Shown here: positions 19,332-31,120 of the stretch, piece after piece | Numbering within the stretch: position 1 is the first letter of the stretch | Layout: every line of letters starts with the position of its first letter | Source: an uncultured Chloroflexia bacterium | Lineage (GTDB): Bacteria; Chloroflexota; Limnocylindria; Limnocylindrales; CSP1-4 | Direction: 5' to 3' | Assembly: GCA_963712745.1 (NCBI GenBank) | Contig: CAVQJC010000020.1 | Location: 352,001 to 416,000 of the forward strand | Length of the DNA stretch: 64,000 bases | The notes under the pieces: generated by a model | Told to the model about the DNA's origin: nothing | Seen by the model: only the letters and a program-made list of their open reading frames with translations | The model's database searches: none | Translations under genes and position numbers: made by a program

Positions 19332-19400
19332 CGCGGGGCAGGGTAGGAAGCGCCGGGGGGAGGAAGCCTGCGGGGCAGCGACACTCAGCTGCCGGTCGGA

Positions 19401-19664
19401 TCAGACCGGGAACTGCGTGGCACGCTCCTGGGTGACTCCGTCGGATTCGATGGCGAAGACGCAGCGGCCATCGGGGATGTCGAGGACCTCGAGGAGGTCG
19501 GGGTCAAGGTACAGCTGGTGACAGTCGGCACACAACGCGGCGGGGATCGCGAAGCAGAGGCGTTCCTCGCCATCGGGCATGCGGAACGTGGTGTCGAAGC
19601 GCGAGTTGACCAGGAGGCGCTCACACTGCGGGCAGTTGTCCCGAAGCCACGTCATCGTTCGCAT
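19401..19664 (-). CDS. Small zinc-finger protein (YgiT/MqsA N-terminal-like)
   Basis: CPQC...TTF...IPAALCADC.QLY pattern; GAGGAAG RBS upstream. Confidence 0.6.
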   Translation of the reverse strand: MRTMTWLRDNCPQCERLLVNSRFDTTFRMPDGEERLCFAIPAALCADCHQLYLDPDLLEVLDIPDGRCVFAIESDGVTQERATQFPV

Positions 19665-19822
19665 CTTCCTCGGCAGGGCGACCGGCAGGTCCGGTCGACT
19701 CGAGAACCGATGCTACGGACGACCCTGCCCTGCCCCCATGCCCCGGTGGTACCACGACCACTCACCCGGTTGGGGCAGATAGGTGCAGACGGGGGCGGCT
19801 ACGCCCCGGTCGCGCGGAGGCG

Positions 19823-20287
19823 CTAGACGATGTGCAGCAGCAGCGAGGCCTCCGACCATAGCTTCTCGAGCTGGTAGAACTCGCGCTCGGGCTTGCTCAT
19901 GACGTGGACGATGACGCCCCCGAAGTCGACCAGCAGCCAGTGCGAGCCGGCGTCGCCCTCGCGAGAGAGCGGCGCATCACCGTCCTCCTTCAGCCCTTCC
20001 ACGATGCCGTCCGCGATGGCATTGAGCTGGCGGTCCGACGCGCCCGAACAGATGACGAAGTAGTCGGTCATCGTGGTCTGGCCGCGGACGTCGAGCAGGA
20101 CGATGTCGCTGGCCTTCTTGTCGGCCGCCAGGTCGACCGCGCGATGTGCCATGGCCAGCACCGTTTCGTCGACCCCATCGATGACGGCCAGGCGCGGCCG
20201 CACCTCGCCCCCGTCCGGGCGGCTCGAAGGGAGCCCTGGTCGGGTAGCTGCCCGTGGATCGGCCGTCGTGGCCTGCTCGTCACTCAC
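19823..20287 (-). CDS. rsfS: Ribosome silencing factor RsfS
   Basis: DKKASDIVLLDV...DYFVICSG.SDRQ..AIAD...WLLVDFG.VIVHVM...REFYQLEKLW; GTG start after AGGAGG. Confidence 0.93.
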   Translation of the reverse strand: MSDEQATTADPRAATRPGLPSSRPDGGEVRPRLAVIDGVDETVLAMAHRAVDLAADKKASDIVLLDVRGQTTMTDYFVICSGASDRQLNAIADGIVEGLKEDGDAPLSREGDAGSHWLLVDFGGVIVHVMSKPEREFYQLEKLWSEASLLLHIV

Positions 20288-20337
20288 CGTTGTCTGTTCC
20301 TCCTGCCTGTCGTGATGCGAATCGCTGCCGGTCTCCA

Positions 20338-21054
20338 TCATGCCCCCGCGGGTCCAGCCAGCGCCCAGCGCGCGGCCATGCGGGCGTGCAGAGCGGTCGT
20401 GGGGAAGAAGGGCACGTCGACATCGTTCGGCCCGACCAGCAGCTCGATCTCGGTACAACCGGAGATCACGCCACGCGCGCCCCGATCGACGAGCCGGCCG
20501 ATGATCTCGAGGTAGCGCGCCTTCGAGTCCTGCGAGACGACACCCTGGACGAGCTCGTCATAGATGACATCGTGGACGAGGCCGCGGTCGGGCTCGTCGG
20601 GGACCATGACGGCCAGGCCATGGCGTTCGAGGCGCACACGGTAGAAGTCCTCCTCCATCGTGTAGCGCGTGCCCAGCAGCGCGACCTCACGGACGCCTGC
20701 ATCGTGTACGGCCGCCGCGGTGGCGTCGGCCAGATGGAGGAAGGGCACCTCGATAGCGGCTTCGATGGCCTCGGCACAGCGGTGCATCGTGTTGGTACAG
20801 AGCACGATGATGCCCGCGCCCGCCTCTTGCAGCCGGCGTGCGTCCGCGGCCAGCACCTCCCCTGCCGCATCCCATTCGCCCTCGGCCTGGAGTCGTTCGA
20901 TCTCGGCGAAGTCATAGGAGCGCACGAGCAGGCTCGCAGAGTGGATCCCACCGAGCGCCCGTCGCACCTCGGTGTTGATGATGCGCTCGTACTCGATCGA
21001 GGACTCCCAGCTCATGCCGCCGAGCAGACCGATGGTCCGCAGTCGTGCCCTCAC
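20338..21054 (-). CDS. Aspartate/glutamate racemase family protein (YgeA/RacX-like)
   Basis: IGLLGGMSWESS, LCTNTMH, LLGTRYTME and GCTEI motifs. Confidence 0.9.
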   Translation of the reverse strand: MRARLRTIGLLGGMSWESSIEYERIINTEVRRALGGIHSASLLVRSYDFAEIERLQAEGEWDAAGEVLAADARRLQEAGAGIIVLCTNTMHRCAEAIEAAIEVPFLHLADATAAAVHDAGVREVALLGTRYTMEEDFYRVRLERHGLAVMVPDEPDRGLVHDVIYDELVQGVVSQDSKARYLEIIGRLVDRGARGVISGCTEIELLVGPNDVDVPFFPTTALHARMAARWALAGPAGA

Positions 21055-21680
21055 TGCCCGGCCCTGCCCCGGTAGAGGCCCTCGGTGCTGATGTAGCGCG
21101 CCACTGCTGCGGGCACGAATCCCTCGATCGACAGGCCCTGGCCGACACGTTCACGGATGGCGGTGGAGGAGATGTCCAGCTCGGGACCCGGCAGGAACCC
21201 GAAGCGGTCCACGTGTCCCGGAAAACGCTGAGCCACCCAGCGCTGATCCAGCGGCCCTGCCCCCGGCCGCGGGGCCACGGCGACCCGGCAGAGCGTCAGC
21301 ACGCGCTCGGGTTCACGCCAGGTGTGGAACGACTCGAGGACTTCGGCCGAGAGGATGAACCAGGGCTCGGGCCGCCCTTCGTCGAGCGAACGCGAGGCCA
21401 GCTCGGCCACGGTGTCCACCGCATAGCTCGGGCCCGGCCGCTCCAACTCGATGCGCGAAAGCACGAAGCCGGGATCGGTTTCGATAGCCAGGGCCACCAT
21501 GGCCTCGCGGTGGAGAGCGGGGGTCACGGGCTGGTCCTGCTTGTGTGGCGGGTCCGCGTTGGGCACGAAGAGCACCTGCCCGAGGCCAAGCTCCCGGCGT
21601 GCCTCGCCGGCCAGGGCGAGGTGCCCCCGGTGCACGGGGTCGAACGTGCCCCCCAGGATGCCGAATGGCTGGGCCGTCAC
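21051..21680 (-). CDS. nadD: Nicotinate-nucleotide adenylyltransferase
   Basis: GILGGTFDPVHRGH, PPHK, SY.VDT and ISSTAIRER; start placed at the GTGA overlap with the obgE stop. Confidence 0.93.
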   Translation of the reverse strand: MTAQPFGILGGTFDPVHRGHLALAGEARRELGLGQVLFVPNADPPHKQDQPVTPALHREAMVALAIETDPGFVLSRIELERPGPSYAVDTVAELASRSLDEGRPEPWFILSAEVLESFHTWREPERVLTLCRVAVAPRPGAGPLDQRWVAQRFPGHVDRFGFLPGPELDISSTAIRERVGQGLSIEGFVPAAVARYISTEGLYRGRAGQ

Positions 21681-22981
21681 ACCCACGCTCCGGACTCGGC
21701 CTCCCATTCGAGCTCGGTATCGCCGATGCGCACGGTGTCGCCGGCCTCCACGCCCGCTTCACGTAGCTTCTCGACCAGGCCCATTCGGGCCAGCTCGCGC
21801 TGGAGGCGCGCGGCCGACTCATCGTTCTCGAAGTCGGTCTGAGCTACCAGCCGTTCCACGCGGCGACCCTCTACGGCCCACGTGCCACCGGCCTCGCGTT
21901 CGATGACGAAGCCTTCGTCGGTGGGGTCGTAGCGATGCACCACCACGCCTGCAGGCTCGCCTGGCCCTCCCATCTCCTCGTCGTCGGGCAGCAGCCGGGC
22001 CAGCGCCGAACGCAACTCAGGCAGCCCGATACCTTCCGCGGCGCTGACATGGACGACCTCAAGGTCCTCGCGGGCGCGGGCCTCGTCGAAGGCGCGCAGC
22101 AGCTCGCGGTCCGGTTCGAGGTCCATCTTGTTGGCCACCACCAGCGTGGTCTTGTCGAGCAGCCTGGGGTCGCGCGCCTCGAGCTCCTCGCGGATGACGG
22201 CGTAGTCGCGCTCGGGGTCGCCCTCGGCCATGTCCACGACGTGCACGAGCACGCGCGTGCGCTCCACGTGGCGCAGGAAGGCGTGGCCCAGCCCGGCCCC
22301 GGCGCTGGCGCCCTCGATGAGCCCGGGCAGATCGGCCAGCGTGGGCCGGCGCTCGTCGAGCGGATCATCGACGGCGAAGTCGAGCACGCCCAGGTTGGGC
22401 TCGAGCGTGGTGAAGGGGTAGTCGGCGATCTTGGGCGTGGCCGCCGTCAGCGCCGTGAGCAGCGTCGACTTACCCGCGTTGGGCAGTCCCACCAGACCGA
22501 CATCGGCGATGAGCCGTAGCTCCAGGCGCAAGCGCCGCTCCTCGCCCGGCTCACCCTTCTGCGCGTGCCTGGGAGCCTGGTGGGTGGAGGTGGCGAAGTG
22601 GGTGTTGCCCAGGCCGCCGCGGCCGCCGCGCGAGACCATGACTCTCTGGCCAGGGAAGACGAGGTCGGCCATGAGGTCGCCGGTCTTGCCGTCGAAGACG
22701 ACCGTGCCCGGCGGCACCGCCAGCTCGAGGTCCGAGCCGGCCTTGCCGTGGCGGCGCGAGCGCTGGCCGGGACCACCATGCTCGGCCCGGAAGTGGTGCT
22801 TGTAGCGGTAATCGATGAGCATGGTCTGGCCCACGTCGACCACGAGATAGACCGAGCCACCACGGCCGCCGTCGCCACCGTCGGGACCGCCGCGGGGCAC
22901 GTGGGCCTCGCGGCGGAAGGTGGCAGCGCCGTTACCGCCGTTACCGGCGATGACGGTCAGGTCGACGTGGTCGAGGAACAT
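21677..22981 (-). CDS. obgE: GTPase ObgE/CgtA
   Basis: GGPDGGDGGRGG, GLPNAGKST, YPFTTL.PNLG, DLPGLIEGA, NKMD and a C-terminal OCT domain. Confidence 0.97.
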   Translation of the reverse strand: MFLDHVDLTVIAGNGGNGAATFRREAHVPRGGPDGGDGGRGGSVYLVVDVGQTMLIDYRYKHHFRAEHGGPGQRSRRHGKAGSDLELAVPPGTVVFDGKTGDLMADLVFPGQRVMVSRGGRGGLGNTHFATSTHQAPRHAQKGEPGEERRLRLELRLIADVGLVGLPNAGKSTLLTALTAATPKIADYPFTTLEPNLGVLDFAVDDPLDERRPTLADLPGLIEGASAGAGLGHAFLRHVERTRVLVHVVDMAEGDPERDYAVIREELEARDPRLLDKTTLVVANKMDLEPDRELLRAFDEARAREDLEVVHVSAAEGIGLPELRSALARLLPDDEEMGGPGEPAGVVVHRYDPTDEGFVIEREAGGTWAVEGRRVERLVAQTDFENDESAARLQRELARMGLVEKLREAGVEAGDTVRIGDTELEWEAESGAWV

Positions 22982-23023
22982 CGGTCGGGCCAGTATGACG
23001 ACCGGCCCTGCCGGTCGCGCCGG

Positions 23024-24295
23024 TCAGGAGGCGTTGGTGCCCTCACTCGCAGCCTGGCGGGTCAGCGCGGCCAGGAACTCGGCGTTGGAGTCGGTCTTGG
23101 AGAGGCGGTTGAGCAGCAGCTCGATGCCCTCGTTGGTACCCACGGCGCTGAGCATGCGCCGCATGGTCCAGACCATCTTGAGCACGGGCTCCTCGAGCAG
23201 AAGCTCCTCGCGCCGGGTGCCGGAGCGCTGCACGTCGATCGAGGGGTAGATGCGCTTCTCGGCCAGCTTGCGGTCGAGGATGAGCTCACTGTTGCCGGTG
23301 CCCTTGAACTCCTCGTAGATGACGTCGTCCATGCGCGAGCCGGTGTCGACCAGACAGGTCGCGATGATGGTCAACGAGCCGCCCTCTTCGAGCTTGCGCG
23401 CGGCGCCGAAGAATCGCTTGGGCGGATACAGCGCCACGGGGTCGATACCACCGGTGAGGGTGCGCCCGGACGGCGGCAGGGCCAGGTTATAGGCGCGCGA
23501 CAGCCGGGTGATGGAATCGAGCAGGATGACCACGTCGCGACCACCCTCGACCTGGCGCTTGGCGATCTCGAGGGCCATCTCGGCCACGTGGGTGTGGTTC
23601 TCGGTGGGCTCGTCGAAGGTCGACGAGATGACCTCGCCCTTGACCGAGCGGCGCATGTCCGTGACCTCCTCGGGCCGCTCGCCGATGAGCGCGACCATGA
23701 GCAGGATCTCGGGGTAGTTCTCAGTGATGCCGTTGGCGATGTTCTTGAGCAGCATCGTCTTGCCGGCCTTGGGCGGGCTTACCACGAGCGCACGCTGGCC
23801 CTTGCCGATGGGGTTGACGAGGTTGACCAGGCGCTGGCTCAGGTTCTTGGGATCGGCCTCGAGGTTGATGAGCTCGTAGGGATGGATGGGCGTGAGCTCG
23901 TCGAAGTGCGGCCGACGGCGAGCGTCGTTGGGGTCCATGCCGTTGACGGTCTCGACGCGGACGAGACCCCAGTACTTCTCGCCCTTCTTGGGCGGGCGCG
24001 GGATGCCGGCTACGCGGTCGCCGCCGCGCAGGCTGAAGCGGCGTACGTGGCTGGAGCTGACGTAGACATCGTCGGGGCTGGGCATGAGACCACGGCGGCG
24101 CATGAAGCCGTAGCCGTCCTCGACCAGGTCGAGGATGCCGGCCGCGTAGCGCTGGCCCTTCTGTTCCGACTGGCGCTGCATGATCTGCTCGACGAGCTCG
24201 TCCCGTGCCATGCCGTCGGCATCTGCCACGTCGAGGTCGCCGCCGATCCTGGCGAGCTCGTCGACGTCCTTCTTCTCGAGTTCCTTGATGTCCAT
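23024..24295 (-). CDS. rho: Transcription termination factor Rho
   Basis: [44 protein letters not shown] and [10 protein letters not shown]. Confidence 0.97.
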   Translation of the reverse strand: MDIKELEKKDVDELARIGGDLDVADADGMARDELVEQIMQRQSEQKGQRYAAGILDLVEDGYGFMRRRGLMPSPDDVYVSSSHVRRFSLRGGDRVAGIPRPPKKGEKYWGLVRVETVNGMDPNDARRRPHFDELTPIHPYELINLEADPKNLSQRLVNLVNPIGKGQRALVVSPPKAGKTMLLKNIANGITENYPEILLMVALIGERPEEVTDMRRSVKGEVISSTFDEPTENHTHVAEMALEIAKRQVEGGRDVVILLDSITRLSRAYNLALPPSGRTLTGGIDPVALYPPKRFFGAARKLEEGGSLTIIATCLVDTGSRMDDVIYEEFKGTGNSELILDRKLAEKRIYPSIDVQRSGTRREELLLEEPVLKMVWTMRRMLSAVGTNEGIELLLNRLSKTDSNAEFLAALTRQAASEGTNAS

Positions 24296-24461
24296 CGTTC
24301 GGGGTGTCAAATCCTTGCGGCAGCGGGGTGAACGCCGGGCCGAGCAGCACAGCGCGCGGCTCGTTGCGCAGCGTAGAGATGGGTGCCGTCCGTTCCCGGT
24401 CGCGCACGGACCAGACGTGTGCCGGCCGTGCGGCGAAACGTGGGAAGGAGGACTGCTGCGG

Positions 24462-24489
24462 ATATTAGCACGGGCCGGCCGTTGGTCAA
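24462..24489 (-). promoter_or_regulatory. Sigma70-type promoter for rho (TTGACC-16 nt-TAATAT, extended TG) with a ~160-nt leader
   Basis: Reverse complement of 24462-24489 read directly. Confidence 0.55.
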
Positions 24490-24640
24490 CAGCCACGCCA
24501 ACGGGTCAGAACGGCCAACGAAACGACCGGGCGCGCGCTGCCACCGCTGGCGACCCGCCCTCCCCTGCTCGCCGGTCCCGTGGCACCACCGAGGGGATAG
24601 ATCTGCCCGGCCCGCGATGCGGGGCCGGCCGGAGCTCCTC

Positions 24641-25306
24641 TCAGCCCCTGGCGGCGATCTCCGCCTGGGCCTTGGCCCAATCGGCCTCGAACTGCGCGAT
24701 GCCCTTGTCGGTGAGCGGATGCCCCACCATCTGCTGCACGACCTTGAAGGGCACGGTCGCGATCTGGGCCCCCGCAAGTGCACCCTCGATGACGTGGCGC
24801 GGCGAGCGGGTCGAGGCCACGATGATCTCCGCGTCGAGGCCGTGGATCTCGAGGATGGCCGACAGCTCACGCACCATGTCCATACCGTCCTGGGCGATGT
24901 CGTCCAGACGGCCGACGAAGGGGGACAGGTAGGTGGCCCCGGCCTTGGCCGCAAGCAGGCCCTGGGCGGAGCTGAAGATGAGCGTGCAGTTGGTGCGGAT
25001 GCCTTCCTCGGCAAAGGTCGAGATAGCCATCAGACCGGTCTCGGTCATGGGCACCTTGATGACGATGTTGGGCGCGATCTTGGCGAATTGGCGGCCCTCG
25101 CGCAGCATGCCCTCAAGGTCGTCGGCGATGACCTCCGCGCTGACCGGCCCAGACGTGATCTCGGCGATCTCCGCGAGCACCTCAGGGTAGGTGCCGCCAC
25201 CGGCCTTGGCGAAGAGCGTCGGGTTGGTGGTGACACCGTCGAGCACGCCCCAGCTGTGGACGATGCGGATCTCGTCGATGACGGCAGTATCCAGGAACAG
25301 CTTCAT
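24641..25306 (-). CDS. fsa: Transaldolase / fructose-6-phosphate aldolase (TalC/MipB family)
   Basis: [37 protein letters not shown] and ASTRSP; upstream TACAAT and GAGGAG. Confidence 0.92.
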   Translation of the reverse strand: MKLFLDTAVIDEIRIVHSWGVLDGVTTNPTLFAKAGGGTYPEVLAEIAEITSGPVSAEVIADDLEGMLREGRQFAKIAPNIVIKVPMTETGLMAISTFAEEGIRTNCTLIFSSAQGLLAAKAGATYLSPFVGRLDDIAQDGMDMVRELSAILEIHGLDAEIIVASTRSPRHVIEGALAGAQIATVPFKVVQQMVGHPLTDKGIAQFEADWAKAQAEIAARG

Positions 25307-25437
25307 GTCAGGGTGACTCCTCGGGGTCGGGCTCGGTTCGGTCCGGGGCATTGTACGTCCGTACTCCAGAGGGCTTGCCCGGGCGCGCCGCGACAGGCAC
25401 CATCGGGTCCCGCGCAGCGACAGGCAGGAGGACAGGC

Positions 25438-26187
25438 ATGGATTCCAACGGCAGTGTGGCCATCGTTACCGGTGCCACCCGGGGCATGGGTCGCGCTATC
25501 TCGAGCCGGCTCGCGGCCGAGGGTGCGCGCGTGGTGCTGGTGGCCCGGGGCGAAGCCGGGTTGCAGGAGACCCAGGCCGCCATCCGGGACCAGGGCGGGG
25601 ACGCGTCGGCCTTCGTGACCGACGTGACCGATCGATCGTCGGTGGAGGCCATGGCCGCGGCGGTCTTCGATCGCTTCGGGCGCATCGACCTCCTCGTCAA
25701 CTGCGCCTTCTGGGGCCCGCCGGGCAGCCTCCAGCAGACCGACGAGGACTTCTGGGACCGCACCCTCGACACCACGCTCAAGGGCCCGTACCTGTGTACA
25801 CGCGCGGTGGTGCCCGCGATGCTCGAGCAGGGCGCCGGCACCATCGTCAACATCGGCTCGCTGGCAGGCAAGATCGGCGAGGACAACCGCACCGCCTACT
25901 GCGCAGCCAAGTGGGGTCTAGAGGGGCTGACCGCGGCCCTGCAGGTCGAGCTGCATCGCCAGGGCATCCGCGTCCACCTCATCTCGCCCGGTGCCACCGA
26001 CACCTCGTTCTGGAGCGAGAACGCGCCGGGCCTGACGACCGACCAGCGCGAGCGCTTCATCCCGCCGGAGACCATCGCCGACGCGGTCATGTTCGTGCTG
26101 AGCACGCCCGAGTCGGTGCATATCCCCGACGTGCCCATCCACAACTTCCGCAGCCCCTTCGAGGGCAAGGGCTCGCCCTTCGAGTAA
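25438..26187 (+). CDS. SDR family oxidoreductase
   Basis: [13 protein letters not shown] and YCAAKWG; AGGAGG RBS. Confidence 0.9.
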   Translation: MDSNGSVAIVTGATRGMGRAISSRLAAEGARVVLVARGEAGLQETQAAIRDQGGDASAFVTDVTDRSSVEAMAAAVFDRFGRIDLLVNCAFWGPPGSLQQTDEDFWDRTLDTTLKGPYLCTRAVVPAMLEQGAGTIVNIGSLAGKIGEDNRTAYCAAKWGLEGLTAALQVELHRQGIRVHLISPGATDTSFWSENAPGLTTDQRERFIPPETIADAVMFVLSTPESVHIPDVPIHNFRSPFEGKGSPFE

Positions 26188-26249
26188 GTCCCCGGCCGGA
26201 CCAGCGACAGGGCCGTGATGAGCGGCGTCCGCCCCCGGGGAGCGCGGCT

Positions 26250-27932
<1,683 letters not shown>

Positions 27933-27986
27933 CTACCGAATCCGGCACGCCGGCGCGAGCCCACGCCTCCGGGAGTCCTCCGTGGC

Positions 27987-28210
27987 GGTTCTTCGCAATC
28001 ATTGCCGGCGACACCGCCGAAGAGCCGCTCCGGCTGGCGGCCGGCCGCTCCAGCCGGCGGCCGAAGAGCCGCTCCGGCCGGTCGCCGGTCGCCGTTCGCT
28101 CCCACCATGACCGGGCGAGCATGGACCGGGCCTTGGAGGCCCGCCCTGAAGGTCCTTGCGGGAACCGAAGTCGCGAGACTGGGCGAGCGCGTTCGATGAT
28201 CGCGAAGAAG
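27987..28210. repeat. Intergenic element bounded by imperfect inverted repeats (TTCTTCGCAATCATTG ... CGATGATCGCGAAGAA) with an internal direct repeat GCCGAAGAGCCGCTCCGGC
   Basis: Read directly; termini are shared with the element at 50348-50514. Confidence 0.55.
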
Positions 28211-28312
28211 TAGCTAGCTGAGTCGCGATGAGCCAGCGGTGGCCCTGCGAAGAGTCGGGGTCGGCTCTCGCGGCGGGCGCGAGCCCGGCCCCCGGACCGG
28301 ATGCGGAGCCCC

Positions 28313-29224
28313 TCAGTCCTCGACCGCGTCCGCCACTCGGTACGCCGCCAGGTCCTCGAGCACCGTGACCAGGCCGGAGTGATCGTATTCGCCACGGCCG
28401 TTGGCATCGGCCGCGCGCATGAGCTGCTCCACGGTCGCGGCGGCGGGCAGGGCCACGCCCGCATCGCGCGCCAGCTCGATGGCGTTCTTGAGGTCCTTAA
28501 GGTGGAGGCGGATGCGGAAACCGGGGTCGAACGAGCCGGTGAGGAAGTTGTCGCGGCGCATCTCCAGCACCTTGGTCGCGGCCAGGCCGCCCTGCAGCAC
28601 GTCGGCGATGCGCGCGGGGTCCACGCCGGCCTTGGCACCGAGCACAAGCGCCTCCGACACCGCCTCGATGACCACACCGACCACGACCTGGTTGCAGACC
28701 TTCACGACCTGGCCCGCTCCGGCGGGACCGCAATGGACGATGGTCGCCCCCATCACCTCGAGGATGGGGCGTGCGCGCTCGAAGGCAGCTTCCTCCCCGC
28801 CGACCATGATCGAGAGCGTGCCGGCGATGGCGCCCTTGTCACCGCCGCTGACCGGGGCGTCGAGGGCGGATGCCCCAGCTGCCGAGGCCCGCTCGGCGAT
28901 CTCGCGCGCGGTGCCCGGGGCGATGGAGCTCATGTCGATGGTCAGCCAGCCCTCGCGCAGCGCCTCGCAGGCCCCGTCGCTTCCGAGGTACACCTCCTGC
29001 ACCTGGGGCGAGTCGGGCAGCATGGTGATGAGCACTTCGGTCTCGGCCGCGACCTGGGCGGGCGTGGTGCCGGCGGTGGCGCCCTCGGCCACGAGTTCGT
29101 CCATGGCCTGGGCCACGATGTCGAGCACGGTCAGCTGGTAGCCAGCGGCCATGAGGTTGCGGGCCATGGGCCTGCCCATGATCCCGAGTCCGATGAAGCC
29201 GATGGTCGGCTTGGGGGTAGTCAT
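28313..29224 (-). CDS. garR: 2-hydroxy-3-oxopropionate (tartronate semialdehyde) reductase-like beta-hydroxyacid dehydrogenase
   Basis: IGFIGLGIMG.PMA.NL, DAPVSGG, GQVVKVCNQ and PGFRI.LHLKDL. Confidence 0.75.
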   Translation of the reverse strand: MTTPKPTIGFIGLGIMGRPMARNLMAAGYQLTVLDIVAQAMDELVAEGATAGTTPAQVAAETEVLITMLPDSPQVQEVYLGSDGACEALREGWLTIDMSSIAPGTAREIAERASAAGASALDAPVSGGDKGAIAGTLSIMVGGEEAAFERARPILEVMGATIVHCGPAGAGQVVKVCNQVVVGVVIEAVSEALVLGAKAGVDPARIADVLQGGLAATKVLEMRRDNFLTGSFDPGFRIRLHLKDLKNAIELARDAGVALPAAATVEQLMRAADANGRGEYDHSGLVTVLEDLAAYRVADAVED

Positions 29225-29607
29225 GCGTCCTTCTCCATGTCTTCGGGGCGGATGTTGTCGACCTGGCCGTAGATGAACAGCAGTTCGACGTGGCCGCCTG
29301 GCTCCCACTCGAACACGTGCCATTCCAGGGGCGGCGTGTTGATGACGACCCCGGCCTCGAGGTCGATGCGCTCGGTCAGTTGGTCGCGGCCCGGGCCCCA
29401 GCGCACCCAGGCGCGGTCGGCCTCGAGGATGTAGACCGTCTCCTCGGCGTGGTTGTGCGGCTCCATGGGGCCGAACTCGTCGGCATAGCGGGCCGTGCCC
29501 ACCGTCATCTCCTCGCTCTCAAGGGCCGAATCACGGCCCACGAACCGGCGCAGTCCGCGACCCGGCAGAGGATCGATGGGGGTGTCGAGGCGTGTCGTGG
29601 CTCGCAT
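29221..29607 (-). CDS. Cupin-domain protein
   Basis: PHNHAEETVYI...TPPLEWH metal-binding motifs. Confidence 0.75.
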   Translation of the reverse strand: MRATTRLDTPIDPLPGRGLRRFVGRDSALESEEMTVGTARYADEFGPMEPHNHAEETVYILEADRAWVRWGPGRDQLTERIDLEAGVVINTPPLEWHVFEWEPGGHVELLFIYGQVDNIRPEDMEKDA

Positions 29608-29637
29608 GTCTGAGACCTTCCTGTGGCTCTTTGGTGG

Positions 29638-30513
29638 TCAGCCGGCGAACGGCGTGATGGGCAGCCCGGCTACACCGGGCTCGACGACGAAGAGCCCGCC
29701 GGCGTGCGGCTGCTCCGCCAGCTGCGCAGCGCTGAGGCCGTCACGCGCGCTGGTCACATACAGCTGGTCGAGGCCGGGTCCACCGAAGGCGCAGCTGGTG
29801 GTGCGCGCGGCAGGCAGCTCGATGGTGCGCTCCAGAGCGCCCGTGGGGGTGAAGCGGCGCACGGCCCAGCCGTCGTAGAAGGCCACCCACAGGCAGCCGT
29901 CGGCGTCGACGGTCATGCCGTCGGGGATGCCGAAGGCCTCATCGAACTCGATGAGCGGCCGCCGGCCGCTCGCTTCGCCGGCGGTGAGGTCGAAGTCGAA
30001 GACGTCCATGCGCCCAGTGGCCGTGTCGATGTAGTACATGAGCGAGCCCTCGAGGCTCCAGTCGACGCCGTTCGAGATGGTCACCGGCCTGGCGATGGTG
30101 GTGACCGATCCGTCCGGATCGATGCGGTAGAAGCTGCCGGCGCCGGCTTCCGCATCGAGAGCCATCGTGCCACCCCAGAGGCGGCCGGCGCGGTCCGTCT
30201 TGACGTCGTTGAGGCGCGTGGCCTCGTTGGCGGCTTCGACCGGCGCAAGCAGGCGGATCGGCCCATCGTCCGAGTCGGCCAGGTAGACACCATCCTGCAG
30301 GCACAGCGCCAGGCCTCCAGTCGCGCGCGGCAGCACCGCCCCGGCCATCTGCTCGAGCGCACGCGTCCAGACGGCCCCGCTGGCTGGATCCAGGCGATGG
30401 ATGCGCATGCCGGCGATGTCCGTCCACAGCAGGGAAGCGGCCGGTGCGTCCCAGGCCGGACCCTCGCCGATCAAGTCGCCCGCGTCCACGGCGAGCTGCC
30501 ATTCCTGGGACAT
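29638..30513 (-). CDS. SMP-30/gluconolactonase/LRE family sugar lactonase
   Basis: GEGPAWD, RLNDVKTD..GRLWGGTM, ISNG, PDGMTVD and TSCAFGG. Confidence 0.92.
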   Translation of the reverse strand: MSQEWQLAVDAGDLIGEGPAWDAPAASLLWTDIAGMRIHRLDPASGAVWTRALEQMAGAVLPRATGGLALCLQDGVYLADSDDGPIRLLAPVEAANEATRLNDVKTDRAGRLWGGTMALDAEAGAGSFYRIDPDGSVTTIARPVTISNGVDWSLEGSLMYYIDTATGRMDVFDFDLTAGEASGRRPLIEFDEAFGIPDGMTVDADGCLWVAFYDGWAVRRFTPTGALERTIELPAARTTSCAFGGPGLDQLYVTSARDGLSAAQLAEQPHAGGLFVVEPGVAGLPITPFAG

Positions 30514-30514
30514 C

Positions 30515-31120
30515 TCATGCCTCCGTGCTGTAGCTGGCGGTTTCCTCGATGCGCATGCATTCGACGCGCGCCGCGAATTCGACGTTGTGCCAGTGGGCCA
30601 TGGCCTCGTACGGCGGCGCACCCGAGACCACCACCAGACCCTCGCTGGTGATGATGAGCAGGTGGCGCATGCCGTTCTGCTGGGCGAGCTCGCCGGCGCG
30701 AGCGATGGTCCCGGCCAGCATGGGCCCGGTGAGCGCCTCGGGCTCGACGAGGTGGGGCGCGAGGTCGGGCACGCCGCGGTTGCGCATCATGCTCGTGGAT
30801 GGCGGCACGCCCCTGCCCTCGAGCAACAAGGCGCGCAGATGGCGAGACCAGCCGCTGATGACGGCCTGGTGCTCTGGGGCCGCGTCGTAGAGCGCTTCGT
30901 GGAGGGCGCGAGCCGCTGGGTCGGCCGGCTCAGCCGGGACCTCGGCGGACTCGTCGTCCAGCCACAGCCAGAGCCCTGCGGTGCCGTCGGCATAGTCCAT
31001 GCCCCCATCCCGGCGGACGCTGATGGCGATGCCGTCGAGAGTAGCGAACTCGTTCTCGAAGAGGCGACCGAAGATGGTGGCCAGCGTGGCCAGTGCGTCT
31101 GTCCGCCCCTCGATCGTCAT
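30515..31120 (-). CDS. Degenerate class II aldolase/adducin-like protein
   Basis: ISVR...LHEALY..APE.QAVI...EGLVVVSG aligns by eye to the fold, but the Zn-binding histidines are absent. Confidence 0.5.
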   Translation of the reverse strand: MTIEGRTDALATLATIFGRLFENEFATLDGIAISVRRDGGMDYADGTAGLWLWLDDESAEVPAEPADPAARALHEALYDAAPEHQAVISGWSRHLRALLLEGRGVPPSTSMMRNRGVPDLAPHLVEPEALTGPMLAGTIARAGELAQQNGMRHLLIITSEGLVVVSGAPPYEAMAHWHNVEFAARVECMRIEETASYSTEA

